Positions 14,685 through 29,650 of a stretch of DNA of 64,000 nucleotides are shown here, in pieces; the stretch's first letter is position 1, and every line of letters begins with the position of its first letter. The notes under the pieces were generated by a model, which saw only the letters and a program-made list of their open reading frames with translations, made no database searches and was not told where the DNA came from. The translations under genes and the position numbers were made by a program. This DNA is from the human T2T-CHM13v2.0 reference genome, Homo sapiens. The stretch lies in the NCBI RefSeq assembly GCF_009914755.1, contig NC_060925.1; one strand, given 5' to 3'.

Positions 14685-15099
14685 AGATCTCAACTTTTTT
14701 TTAAAAAAAGAGCAAGAAAATTGAATTTTCATGGCTGCCATAGTTGTCGTCTGGAAGAGCTGTAATGCGAATCAGGTGTTAAGTGTCCAGTAGAATATGA
14801 CCAAAAGGAGTTGGCTGCTCTATATATTTTATTTCTAAACTCACTAGGGCCTACCCCTGGCTTTCAGGATTAGATCAAAGCATAAAACTACTTAGGAATG
14901 AAATGAAGGTCCTCATCAGATCCAAGGAGTGGGGCAAGAGTGAGCAGAAACTTGACCAGCACATAGTAAAGATAGGTCAGTGATAAGAACTGGGCCAGGC
15001 TTATCCTGGAATTCTGTTCTTGGATCAAAAGAGGATACCATGGCAGGGAGACCATGGTAATGATAGTTCTTAACAAAACTGTCCCTTTACATATGATGG

Positions 15100-16925
15100 T
15101 TGACCTCGACATCTGTGCACAGCCATCATTCTGGGATCTTTGTGATATTTCTGGGAGTCACTGTTTTCCTTCTGGGTTGGACTTCTTTCTATCCCAAGTT
15201 TTCCTCTTTCTAGTTCCTCTAGCATTTTAACATATTATTTGATAACTTCTTGGGAAAGAGTGCCTTGGGGGTAAAATTTTTGAGATTTGTATGTTTGAAA
15301 GTGATTATGCTAATCTTTGGCTGGAAATAGAATTCTACATTCAATGGATTTTTCTTCATTAAATGGATTTGGATTTTTCAGGTCTTCAGTAAGAGTTCTG
15401 AAGGCACTGCTCATCTTCATGTTCCTGGTAATGCTATTGAGATAGTGCAAATCCATTCTGGTTCCCAATCCTTTGTATATAAACATTAATTTTTTTTTTC
15501 CTGAAACTCTGGACAGTCTTTTTTCCCCAGAGTTTGAAATTTCACAAAGATTTACGTTGGTGTAAACACATATCTAATGTGTTAGGTACCTGGTGGGCCT
15601 TTTCAAACTAGTGACTTGTATTTTTTGGTTCCAGGAAGTTTTCTTGCAATTATTTTGTTTTCTTTTTTCTGTTTTTTGGAACTCCTATTATTCATTTTTG
15701 TGTTTCTGGACTGGACTAGTCTTTAACATTCTTCTTTTTTTTTTTTTTTTTTTTTTTTGTATTTTTAGTAGAGACAGGGTTTTTACCATGTTTGCCAGGC
15801 TGGTCTTGAACACCTGACCTCAAATGATCTACCTGCCTTGGCCTCCCAAATTACAGGCGCATGCCATCACGCCCGGCTAATTTTTGTATTTTCAGTAGAG
15901 ATGGCATTTCACCATGTTGGCCAGGCTGGTCTTGAACGCCTGACCTCAAGTGATCTGCCCGCCTCGGCCTCCCAAAGTGCTCGGATTATAGGTATGAGCC
16001 ACCGCGCCCAGCCTAATATTCTTATTTTTCACTTATTTTCCATCTCTGTCTCTGTGTTCTCTCTGGTAGATTTCTTGAACTTTGTCTTCCAATATTTTTA
16101 TTGAGTTTCTCATTTCTGTTGTGTTTTAAATTTCCAGTAGCTTGTTTTTGTTCTTTGAATGTTCTTTTTTAAATAGCATCCTGTTCTTGTTTCAGATCTC
16201 TGAAGATAATAGTGTTACTTTATTTGAAGTTTTCTTCTCTTTGCGTAATCTGTTTTCTCCAAGTTGATACCTGTGTCTGTTCTGGTCTTTGTTTTTGTTA
16301 GTAGCTTTCCTCAGTGTCTGATAAACCTTGGCTGTCAGTTCCTAACAAACACATGCATGGAACTTGTCAACTTTAAACTTCATCACTGGGTAATCTGGGA
16401 ATCACCCGCATCGGAGTGTTGGGGATTTTTCTGTCGTGCAGGCTTGATTCTTTGGAATAGAGTGTTCAGTCTTCTGCTTGGGAGGCAAAAGCGTCTAGCT
16501 GCCAGTTCGGACACCTTCTGTTTACACTCTTTAGAAGGTAAATCTCGAAACTCCTGCAGGGATGGAGGGCAGGCAGTCACTTAGTGGGGAAAACTGAGAG
16601 GGAATTTACAGCTTTTCAAACATATTTTACCCTAGTTCCCCTAATTTTAGTTCCTGGTCCCTCATCCTCATTTCCAGAAGCAACCAATGCTTTTTGAGGA
16701 TTCTTTACTCACTACTGTCTTGGGTTCAGTTTTCTAGATCTACTAGATTATTGCCACTCATCCATCTACTTCTCAGCTTCCAAAATTTTATTCCCATTAT
16801 ATTTTTTCCTATTCTTCCTAAGTAGGTGTATGATTATTTTAACAAATGTTTCTTTACTGCAATTTTAATAAGGTTTGAGAGAGAGTAAAGTTAGATGCAG
16901 ATATACAGTTTGCCTCCTTAACACA
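15100..16925 (-). mobile_element. Old L1 (L1ME-like) fragment
   Basis: T-rich degenerate L1 text (ctttggctggaaatagaattct; tttctcatttctg...aatttcca). Confidence 0.55.
15735..16013 (-). mobile_element. Atypical Alu with two left arms
   Basis: Left-arm sequence occurs twice. TSD-like taa(c/t)attctt flanks. Confidence 0.8.
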
Positions 16926-17286
16926 GAAGTTTCATTGATATTTGATTAGTCAGAAAATAGCAACAGTACTCCTGAGAAAAGTATTAATAATGTAAATCTA
17001 GATGAGACATTGTAATAGTCTTTAGAAAGAGAGCATTAGTAAATGTTGGGACTAAAGCACTGATAATTATAGCATATAAGATGTAATACATTGGAGTGAA
17101 TTAAGTATGCATGTGTAAATATTAAGTGTAACTACAAAAGAGTATAAAGTGAATGCATAACTTCCAAACTGATATAGAGGATAAAAGAATTAGAGGGCAT
17201 TCTGTCAGTCCAAAAAGACAGAAAAGAAGCATAGAATAATCAGAGTATCTAGAAAACACAAGATAATGGTACTTATAATCATAATA

Positions 17287-17602
<316 letters not shown>

Positions 17603-17740
17603 TTAAACTCACCAGTGACAAGAAATTGAAATTGGACTTCTGGAAAAATCCGATATTATAATACATCAACACATTTCTGCCATCTCTACCTTCACATTAT
17701 AAATTTAACTTTCTCATCATTTCCACATCCATCACCTTAG

Positions 17741-17959
<219 letters not shown>

Positions 17960-19070
17960 AATACATGCATTTTTAAATATTTGAGATGGTATTCAGTCCC
18001 TACTCATTTCGCTAAGTGAGGAAACCCATAAACAAATGTTACAGTTTTTTTTATATCTGTGGTCAGTGATTTAATGTTACATTTATAGTGTTGAGACAAC
18101 TATGATGTCAAAGTGTGATAAATACTCCCCAGTAACCAGTTAAAATAATGTAATGACACTAGTGAATCATTTCCTACACTTTTCATCTTGGATGGAAAGT
18201 ATCATACTACTCCAGGCATACCACAAGCCCCGGAGGTCCCAAATCTCCATCTTTCATTATTCTTAATTGGTTAAGTATCCTTGGATTTTTTTTCTTTGAA
18301 ACTTCGGAATTGGCTTTTGAGTTAGTAGAACAAGATCCACGTAATCTACACCCTGGTGAAGTGGGAATTTCTATCAGCCTGTGCCTGGACTCTATCATTG
18401 AGCTTCTGGAAGAGCCCTGGGACTTTACATCGTTTGGAATTTGACTGTATCAAGTTTCTCAGAGAATGAGAAAGGGTGGGAGTAATTATGTTCTTATTTT
18501 GAAGTAGTTGGTGATATGAAATGTTTTATCTGTTATTGTTCCTACACATCCTGCCTTTGGGAGATGGGGGAGAATGGAATTGATCTGCTCTAATTTTTAT
18601 TTATGTTAGATGCTGGAATTTAATTATAGAGCTGATGGTACTTTGCAGATTAGTTAGTAATGGCTACCATCCAGCCATTACTTCTGAGTAGCATCAGGTA
18701 AATTTGGGGCAATGAGGAGAATATATTGTAAAAAGCATATACTGAGAGTATTGCTTATTTGTAATTGGTAGGAAAACATTTAACGATGCCAAAGCCATGA
18801 TCAGCAGCGGGAAAACGTGACCCAGGGAAATCTTCAAAAGTGGTTTTTTCTTTATTAGATAAATAAAACGTGTTTTTATATAGAACAGAAACAATCACGG
18901 CAATAGACTAATAAATACGGTTTTATTCCAGATTTCTTATTGTATAGGTAATATCCAGATTACAAAAAATTTTAAATAAATAGGAACTTCCTTTCCAACA
19001 ATGCCATCACCTTAATATAATCATTGTTAATATTTTGGTACACTTCCTTACATATTATTTTTCTGTGTAG

Positions 19071-19411
<341 letters not shown>

Positions 19412-19684
19412 GAACTATAATCTTATAGTATAATTCAGTAGGTAAAATTCTGAATCTTGCTTTTTTCCACCTAATTATATCACAAATTATATCTCCATGT
19501 TATTACAAAGCTTTCATTATAAAAATGCATGCTGATTAAATTGCACAAGAAAAAAAAGGAAGGGAATGATCTCTCTTCTGTGCATCACTCAGACACAACC
19601 AGAATATTTTACCTTTTTCACTCACTATTACATCAAAATGATTTTTCCCTTCTGTTATCTAGTTTTTAGAAACCAACGCTTTAA

Positions 19685-20420
19685 GAAAGAAATCCTGTTC
19701 TACTATAACATGGATGAAACTTAAGGATATTATGCTAAGCAAAACAAGCTACAGTTGACCCTTAAACAACATGGGGGTTCAAGGCACCGACCCCCGTGCA
19801 GTTGAAAATCCAAGTATAATTTTGCCTCCCCCAAAACTTAAACTAATAGTCTACCATTGACTGGAAGCCATATCAATAACATACACAATCAATTAACAAA
19901 GATTTTGTATGTTATATGTATTATTTACTGAATTCTTACAATAAAGTAAGCCAGAGTAAAGAAAATACTATTAAGAAAATCATAAGGAAGCAAAAATATA
20001 GTTACTATCCAACAAGTGGAAGTGGGTCATCATAAAGGTCTCGTCCTCATTGTCTTCACACTGAGTAGGCTGGGGAGGACGAGGAGAGGAGGGGTTTGGT
20101 CTTGCTGTTCCAGGGTAACAGAGGCAGAAGAAAATCCATGGAGAAGTGGACCCATGGATTTCAAACCCATGTTTGAGGGTCACCTGTAGTTATAAGTATT
20201 AATGCACAAATACTGCATGTGAGGTATCCAAAATAGCCCAACTCCTAGAAACAGAAAATAGAGCAGTAGTGGCCGGGGAATGGCGGAGGGGAAAGGGGAG
20301 CTGCTGTTCAATGAGTACAGAATTTCAGTTTTCCAAGATGAAGACGTTCTAGAGAGCTGTTACACAACAATGTACATGTAGTTAACACTGCTGTACTGTA
20401 CACTTAAAAATGGTGAAGAT
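19685..20420 (+). mobile_element. L1MB-type 3' UTR split by Tigger2a
   Basis: acatggatgaaacttaaggatattatgctaag...gtacacttaaaaatggt. Confidence 0.75.
19752..20186. mobile_element. Tigger2a/MER28 DNA transposon
   Basis: TIRs cagttgaccctt / gagggtcacctg flanked by TA. Confidence 0.85.
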
Positions 20421-20720
20421 GGGCTGGGCATGGGGGTGCACCCCAATAGTTTCAGCTACTCGGGAGGCTGAGGCTTGAGGATTGCTTGAAGCCAGGAGTT
20501 CGGGACCAGCCTGGGCAACATTGTGAGACCCTGTCTCTACAAAAAAATTTTTAAAAATTAGCCAGGCTTGGTGGTGTGTGCCTATAGTCCCAGCTACTTG
20601 GGAAGCTGAGACAGGAGGGTCACTTTTGCCCAGGAGTTCAAGGCTGTAGTGAGCTATCGTGGCACCACCACACTCCAGCCTGGGCAACAGAGTAAGACCC
20701 TGTCTCTAAATAAAAAATAA
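20421..20720 (+). mobile_element. AluJ
   Basis: Full dimer. Confidence 0.9.
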
Positions 20721-20724
20721 ACCA

Positions 20725-20863
20725 ATAAAGTATACAGAAGGATGTGCATAGGTTATATGCAAATAATGTGCCATTTTATATGAGGAAGTTGAGTATTTGC
20801 AGATTTTGGTATCCATGAGGAGTCCGGGAACCAATCCACCATGGATACAGAGGGACACCTATA
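20725..20863. mobile_element. MER2 (Tigger) fragment
   Basis: gatgtgcataggttatatgcaaata...ggaaccaatcc...ggatacagaggga. Confidence 0.8.
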
Positions 20864-21404
20864 CTAATATCATTAATATTTTCCATGCCAATATTCTACT
20901 ATAATAGGAGTGCAATCGCTTCCTAATATTTAATTATATGGCAATGACCATATTAATAAATAGAAACATAATATTCCATTAAATGAATATTCCATATTAC
21001 ATATCCATTCATCTATTGGTAAAGGTTGCTAACAATTTTTAATATCATGGATCCTGCATGATAAACATTATTTGAATAAAGTATAGGCCCTTTTCAGATG
21101 CCAGAGGGCCTTGTGAAGCAAGCCAAGGCAGTGATGGGTTACTGAAGGGTTTTAAATGAGAATAACATGATGAGATTTGCATTTTATTTTATTTTAATTC
21201 GTATTTGTTTTTATTGAAGGAGGTTGTACTTTAGACAAACCAGTCTGATGGTAGTAAGCAGTTAGATTGGAATAATTTATAGTCATCCTTTCCCTGGGTC
21301 ATATCTGACAGCTTGGAGCCCTTTGTACATTTTGGGTAATTTTTTCCTAAATGGTTTTATTTATCTCTTTTATTCAGTAAAACTTAATTGCCATGTTTCT
21401 ATGA

Positions 21405-22215
21405 TGCTGTGGTCAGAATGTATGTGCCCCTTCAAAATTCATATGTTGGAGCTTAAACCCCAATGAGATAGTATTAAGAGGTGGAGTCTTCAGGGGGCAA
21501 TTAAGTCGAGAGAGTAGATCCCTCACGAACGGGATTAGCAATGTTATAAAAGGGCTGGAGAGAATTAGCTAGTTTTTGCCCTTGCATCCCTCTGCCATGT
21601 TAGGACACAGTGCTCATCCCCTCTGGGGGCCACAGCATTCAAGGCCCCATCTTGGAAGCAGAGACCAGGCCTTCACCAGACACCAAGGCTGCTGGTACCC
21701 TGATCTGGGACTTCCCAACCTCCATAACTGCAAGCTGTTAGGTATGCTGTTTATACATTACCCAGTCTAAGGTACTTCGTCATAGCAGCACAATTGGACT
21801 AAGACCGAAATTGATCTTCGTGGGACTATTTCTATAACAAATACCTGACAATGTGGAAGTGGCTTTGGAACTGGGGGTCAAGGCTGGAAGACTTTGAGGT
21901 GTATGCTAGAAAAGCCTGGATTGCTGTGAACAGAGCACTAATGGTGATTCTGATGAGGGCTCAGAGAAGAGATCTGTAGAGAGAGCCTCAATCTTCTTAG
22001 AGATTATCTAAGTAGACAAGAACAGAATGTTGGTAGAAATATGGATGGCAAAGGCAATTCTGTTGAGGTCACAGACATAAATGAGGGATGAGGTATGGGA
22101 ATCCGGAAGAAAGGACGTCGTTGCTATAACATGGCAAGGAACTTGTCTGAATTGTGTCCGTGTCCATGCTTTATGGAAGGCAGAACTTAGAAATAATGAA
22201 CCTTGGATATTGAAA
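21405..22215 (+). mobile_element. MST/MLT1A-type MaLR LTR (21405-21805) plus start of internal sequence
   Basis: tgctgtggtcagaatgt...aattcatatgttgg...ggactaagac followed by internal aatgtggaagtggctttggaactggg. Confidence 0.8.
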
Positions 22216-22944
22216 TTGGCAAAGAGTTTCTAAAAGTGGTAAGTTCCTGGCATTGACACTTTTGCACATTGCTAATAGCAGTAGAAAATGGTGGTATTCA
22301 TACTCCCTTCCTGGACGGCATTTTAGCAATACTTATCAATAAGCTAAAAAAAATATACAAGCTCATTGATCAGTTTCTGGAGGAGATACTGTATGGAGAA
22401 CAAACAGAAAGATTTTACTTCAAAGATGTTAGTCACACGGTTGTTTGTAACAACAACTGGAAACAACCTGAGTGTCCATTAACACAAAAATGGTTCAACA
22501 AATCTTGGTCTGTCTGTGGAATGGAATGCTGTGCAGTCATTACAAGTATGTCGTGAAAGACTGATGCCACCACACACCTATGAGAGTGGATAAAATCCAA
22601 AGCACCGACAACAACAAATGCTGACAAGAAAGTGGAGCAGCAGGAACTCTCCTTCACCATTGGTGAGGACAGTGCAGCACTCTCTTAGAAAATGAAACAT
22701 CCTCTTACCACATAACCCAGCACTCTTCTCCTTTTATTTATGCAAAGGAATTGAAAATTTATGGCCACACAGAAACCTGCACACAGATGCTTATAGCAGC
22801 TTCATTCATAATTGGCAAAACTTGGAAGCAACCAAGATGTCCTTTAGTGGGTGAATGGATAAATAAATGTGGTACATCCAGACAATGGAATATTATTCAG
22901 CACTAAAATGAGTTATCAAGCCATGAAAATTCATTGAAGAAACC

Positions 22945-23198
22945 TTTTTTCTTTTTTCTTTTTTTTGAGACAGGGTCTCACTCTGTCACCCAGGCTGGAG
23001 TGCCAGTTCTCCCACCTCAGCTTCCCAAGCAGCTGGGGTTACAGGCACATGCCATGCCCAGCTAATTTTTAAAAATTTTTGTAGAGATGAGGTTTCGCCA
23101 TGTTGCCCAAGCTGAGCTCAAACTCCTGGCCTCAAGTGATCCACCCACCTTGCCCTCCCAAAGTGTGGGATTACAGGCATGAGCCACCACGCCTGGCC
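22945..23198 (-). mobile_element. AluJ with internal deletion
   Basis: Antisense Alu motifs. Confidence 0.85.
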
Positions 23199-23302
23199 TC
23201 AGAGGAGTTTGAGGGCAGTGAAACTACTCTGTGTGGTACTATCATGGTGAAGACTTGTTGTTATGCATTTGTCCACACCCATTGAATGTACAACACCAAA
23301 AG

Positions 23303-23727
23303 CGATATAGTTTGAATATTTGTCCCCGCCCAAATCTCATGTTAAAATGTAATCCTCGGTGTCAGAGATGGGACCTGGTGGGAGGCGTTTGAATCATGGG
23401 GGAAGATCCCTCAGGCATGGCTCGGGCCGTCCCTTGGTGATAAATGACTTCACACAAGCTCTGAGTTCACACAAGCTCTGGTCATTTAAAACTGCGTGGC
23501 TCCTCCCTCCGCACTCTCTCTTGCTCCTGTTCTGGCCATGTGATGTGCCTGTTGCCTCTTCACCTTCCACCATGATTGGAAGCTCCCTGAGGCCTCCCAA
23601 GAAACCAAGCAGATGTCAGCACCATGCTTCCTGTACAGCCTGCAGAACTGTGAGCCAATTCAACCTCTTTTCTTTATAAATTACCCAGTCTCAAGTGTTT
23701 ATAGCAATACAAGAACAGCCTAATACA
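23303..23727 (+). mobile_element. MSTB-like MaLR solo LTR
   Basis: gatatagtttgaatatttgtcccc...cagcctgcagaactgtgagccaat...cctaataca. Confidence 0.85.
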
Positions 23728-23768
23728 AAGAATTAAACCTAATGAAAACTATGAACTTTGGGTAATAA

Positions 23769-24233
<465 letters not shown>

Positions 24234-27200
24234 TGACATAAAACTACTCTTAACAAACTCAAATTTATTAATTAAAAAAAGACTAATGGCTTGATAAGAT
24301 GTTCACAGTGTTAAGTAAATAAAAAAAGACGCTAGAATTCTATTTCTTGCTAAAATATATATATACATGTATATATAATACATACACAAATATAATATGT
24401 GGATATAGCATTGTATTAATGAATATAAAACTAAAACAAAGCTCTCCAGCACTGTATATACAGAAGTGATCTGTAGATGACAGGATCGAATCCCTGCGTG
24501 ATTTGTATTCTTTGTGCTCGTCTCTATTTTTCACTGTTCCACAAAGAACATGTATTATCTCTGTAACAAGAAAAAGAAGAAAAGAAAACTGCATTATATC
24601 ATTCAAAAAGTTGTCTAGTGGTCACAAAGACACTATTGAAGATGCATGTTGAAAGTTTGAATAAAGTTGGTTTTTAAAATGCAAAAATAAAGAGCAATAT
24701 TTTTAAATTAACGTCGTTACATACATGATCTGAAACATAGCTGTGGACGTAGTAAAGTTTATATATTTAACTTGACCAAAACTCCTTTAGGGGATTTTCT
24801 TATTAGGGAAAGGAGGGTCACTTTTTGTTCATCAGTATATTCAGATATTTATTGTGTTAACCACTGCTCCTTTGCTTAATCACAACCAAGAATAAAGCTT
24901 TTCCTCCAATCATATTGCAACACAACTTTAAATCATTGTTTTTGGTCTGAGTGGGGTTGAAGAGTATCTTAGTGAGATGATTGCTGCAACACTTGCTGCA
25001 ATCACCATCTCTATCAAATACAATAAAACTACTTGGCGTGGGAGCGGCACTCACCCTTAAGTAGAGAAACTGGAACTGGAGAGGATGAAACAATTAGTGT
25101 AGCTGGTGCTCCTGAAGCCCCACCCTCAGAGGATTAAAACAGGGAAATTAATGGTCTGACAGGCACTGCTGCAGCCTTTCCCCCATCTCTTCAAATTGGA
25201 GAAACTCTCGGTTGGAAGTGATCTTACTAAGTACCGGATTTAGCCACCTGTTGATTCTTAGACTCTCTGGTGATTCATCTGTTTTTAACACTTGCACTTA
25301 AATAGGAAAGGAATTTATAACCCAGAAGACTCGTGCAGCCTCGTGGTTGCACAGCAGCCTCTGGAATCTTTAGAATAAATAATTTTTCTAAAGTAAGTGG
25401 CTTTAAAATTTTTTCTTTTTAAAGACAACATTTTTGGTAGATGCCAATTAATTATTGTGATTTTGTTCTATTCAAGGTAGAGAAATATTTTCTAAATTGT
25501 GTTTATGTTTTGGTTTTGAAACATAGTTTATGTCAAAATTTGTATCTATACTATTTAGAGCCTAATGTGAACTATCTCATGGTTTTTATATTTTTTACTA
25601 CAGTTTTTAAACATTCACATGTGTATCTGATTTGGTGACCTGGAACTAGCTGAAATGCAGATGCTTTATAAACCATCTTAACTACTGACATTATCTTGTT
25701 TTTTGTGAAGCATGAAATGGTTCAGTTTATTGACTGATTGTTATGTCACTGGGGAGAAAGGAATTTTCACGGTGTGTTTTATTGTGCCTATTTAGTGGGT
25801 TCAGCATTAAAATAAATAATGCTTTTATGAGAAAAGAGATGGCCTGATGATTTCTCGATGCAAGTGGAAGTTAAGAACTCCAGGCTGTGATCCCGTCAAA
25901 ACACCTGCCGGACCCTGACGCCCTCAGATAGGCACTTAACCTCTCTGTGCCTGTATTTCCTCAAATCCAAAATGGATTAAGAAAATTGATTTAGACCAAA
26001 GTAGAGTGAGAAGCACAGTATTTGCCACATGCTTTGAGGCTGAGATAAATGTTGATATTGTTAAAAAGTCCCACAGTATTTATTGAGATGGCTCCATATT
26101 GGGGAAGAGGAGGAGAGAGACTGTGGAGTGCCGGAAGGCACTGTGTTAGCCTCCAGAATTTGGGCCCCTTTGTGTGGCAATGAAGGCAGTATATTTTCTT
26201 CAGGTCACCTACTCCACCTTAATTCTTTGCAGGAGGAGAAGCCAGGCGTATCAGGGCCTTGGTTTTCCAGGTGAGCATCTGCTGGCACACTGTTAAGATG
26301 AATTCCCTGCGAATGGTACTTTTAGCAGGCTACACTCGAGGGATCTTCTGGTAAAGACGTTTTTCCTGTACATTCACAAACGCTGCCCGGGTTACTTTTA
26401 AATTATTACTCCACGTTAGCCCTTCCCATAGAAGAAACAAACTAGACTTAACTTACTTTGCCTCATTCATGTTTGCAGTAACAAGATGTATTTGTTTTGT
26501 GAGTTGCTTCTGTCTTTTGAAGGGAGGGATGTGGAGTTTGGTGGATATTTGTTACTCTCGCCTTTTTTTCAGTCGAAAGAGGCCATGTGGGGAAACAGCA
26601 GAGGTGGAGGCATCACCGCTAACCCACATAGCCTGCCCTCTAGACATGGGGCGAGGCAACAAGCGGGGAGGGAGAAGGTGTTGAATGCGCCTAGCAATCC
26701 CGTGCGCTATCTTATTTAATTGCCACATTCCACGTGGCATTTTACGGATAGGCGGCAGAGGCAAACTTCTGTATAAACAGGTGGGTCTACACTGTGGGTC
26801 GGGGAGGATGTGCCTGAAATTTCAGCACCAGCGATTGAGTCTTTTAGGAAAAAGTGCCATTGCATGTCATAGAACCAGAAGTGTGTACACTGCTGGTACA
26901 AATCATCATCATCATCGTCATGATTGACTCTCAGAGTTCACAAAGCACCTTCATATCTCATGGAACCTTCACAACCATCCTTTAGGTTACTGGTCCCCCT
27001 GTTAGACATGAGCATGCTGAAGCTAGAGGATGAATTTTAATAACATTCTTAACTATTATTGGTCTAACATGGGGAATATATTGTGATTTTTCTCTGTAAG
27101 AAAGGTAATGTCTTTTTTATTTACTTTTCATACCTAGTACTGTAGAACATCTGTTTTTTAAAAAAGACTCTGACCAATACAGAAAGAAGTCAAGTGGATT

Positions 27201-27332
27201 TTCCCAACACGACTTTGCTTTAAGTGAAGAAATGCAATGACTTTGTAGTCTTTTCAAACATGTCTGATATAATATATGGAATCTTTCTTGAATTCATTTC
27301 AGTATAATTGAGTTTTCTCCTGGAGAAAATAG

Positions 27333-27667
<335 letters not shown>

Positions 27668-27695
27668 AATACAGTTCTGAATTCTGAATATCTGC

Positions 27696-27755
27696 TCTGC
27701 TTGATGATAGTGATTCAAACTTGATCAGACTTCTGCTTGATGATAGTGATTCAAA
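27696..27755. repeat. 24-bp direct repeat with 12-bp spacer
   Basis: tctgcttgatgatagtgattcaaa at 27696 and 27732. Confidence 0.9.
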
Positions 27756-28109
27756 GTCTTTGGCTAAAAATATGTCATATACACTTAGAATATATGTTAG
27801 TTATAATGTTTGCTAGAGCCGCTTTGATAGTGCACCACACAGAGTGGCTTAAACAATAGAAATTTATTGTCTCACAGTTCTAAAGGCTGAAAGTTTAAGA
27901 TCAAGGTATCAGCATGATTAAACATCTACCCTATTCTTCTTGTTCTTTTTTATGACATTGGAATATACCATATTTGAAAAATGCATTTTAGAAAAACTAA
28001 TGGAATCCAAATAAAGTTTGGAATTTAGTGACTAATAATATATTAATATTGATTCATTAGTTATGACAAGTGTACCATAATAATGTAAGAGTTAACAATA
28101 GAGGAATTG

Positions 28110-29650
28110 TATCACAAATGAAATTACAAATTATGTTACAAAGCAAAAGTAATCAAAACAGTGTGGTACTGGCACAAAAACAGTCATATAGACTATTGGA
28201 ACAGAATAGAAAGCCTATAAATGAAGCCATGCATAAATGGTCAGCTAATCCTCAGCAAGAGTGCCAAGAATACACGATAGGGAAAGGATAGTGTCTTCAA
28301 TGAATGATGATGGGAAAACTGTTATTTACATGGAGAAGAATGAAATTGGATCCGTATCTCACACCATACACAGAAATCAACTCAAGCTGGATTAAAGATT
28401 TAAATGTGAGACTTGGAGCCATAAAACTAGAAGAAAACATAGGGAAAATGCTCTTTGACATTGGTCTGGGCAATGATTTTTTGGATATGATACTAAGAGC
28501 ACAGGCAACAAAAGCAAAAATAAACAAGTGGCACTACATCAAACTAAAAAGTTTCTGCATGCAAAAGAAACAAGGAGCAACCTATGGAATGGGAGAAAAT
28601 GTTGCAAACCATACATTTGACAAGGGATTAATATTCCAATACATATAAGGAACTCAGACAACTCAATTGCAAAAACAAAAACGACCTAATTAAAAAAAAC
28701 GGAAAAAAGGACCTGACATTTTTTCAAAGGTGATGTACAAATGTCCAACAGGTATATGAACATCATTGTTCATCAAGGAAATGCAAACCAAAACCACAAT
28801 GGTATGTCACCTCACCCCTATTGTAATGGCTACTATCAAAAAGACAAAAGTGTTGGTGAGGGTGTGGAGAAAAAGGAACCTGTTGGTGGGAGTGTAAATT
28901 GGCACAGCCACTACGGAAAACAGTACGGGGGTTTCTCAAGAAACTAAAAATAGAATTACCATATCATCCAACAATCCCACTTATGGGTATAAGTCCCAAA
29001 AGAAATAAAATCAGAATCTCTAAGAGCTATCTGTATTGCCATGTTTATTGCAGCATTATTCACAGTAGCTAAGATATGGAAACAACGTGTCTATAAACAA
29101 ATGAGTGGATAAACAAAAGGTGTGTGTATATGTACACACACACACACGTATGTAATGGAATATTATTCAGCCTTAAAAAAGGAGGTCCTGCTATTTGCAA
29201 CAACATGGATGAACTTGGAGGACATTATGCTAAGTGAAATAAGCCAGACACACAGAAAGACAAATACTGCATGATCTCTGTTACATTTTCAAAAGTCAAA
29301 CTCATGGAAACAGAGAGTAGATGGGTAGTTAACCGGGGGTGGGGGTAGAGGAAATGGGAAAATGTTGGTCAAAGAGTACAAACTTTTAGTGATAAGAAAA
29401 ACAATTTCTGATGTACAGTGTGGTAACTATGGTTAATAATTATTCTATACTTGAAATTTACTAAGAGAGTAGTTCTCAAGTATTCTCACCACACATACAA
29501 AAAAGGTAACTAGTGAGTCGGTGGATAAGTTAATTAGCCTGTGTGGTAATCATTCCACAAGGTATATGTATATCAAAACATCGTGTGGCACACCTTAAAT
29601 ATATGCAATTTTTATTTGTCCATCATACCTCAGTAAGACTGGAAAAAAAT
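28110..29650 (+). mobile_element. L1MA/MB element: decayed ORF2 C-terminus plus 3' UTR, inserted in an older L1 3' end
   Basis: ORF 28304-28648 reads MKLDPYLTPYTEINSSWIKDLNVR...AQATKAKINKW..IKLKSFC (L1 ORF2p). TSD-like aatagaggaa on both sides. Confidence 0.9.

Noticed and set aside
28304-28648. 114-aa ORF with protein-like sequence
   Set aside because: It is a decayed L1 ORF2p C-terminal fragment, broken by stops and frameshifts on both sides.
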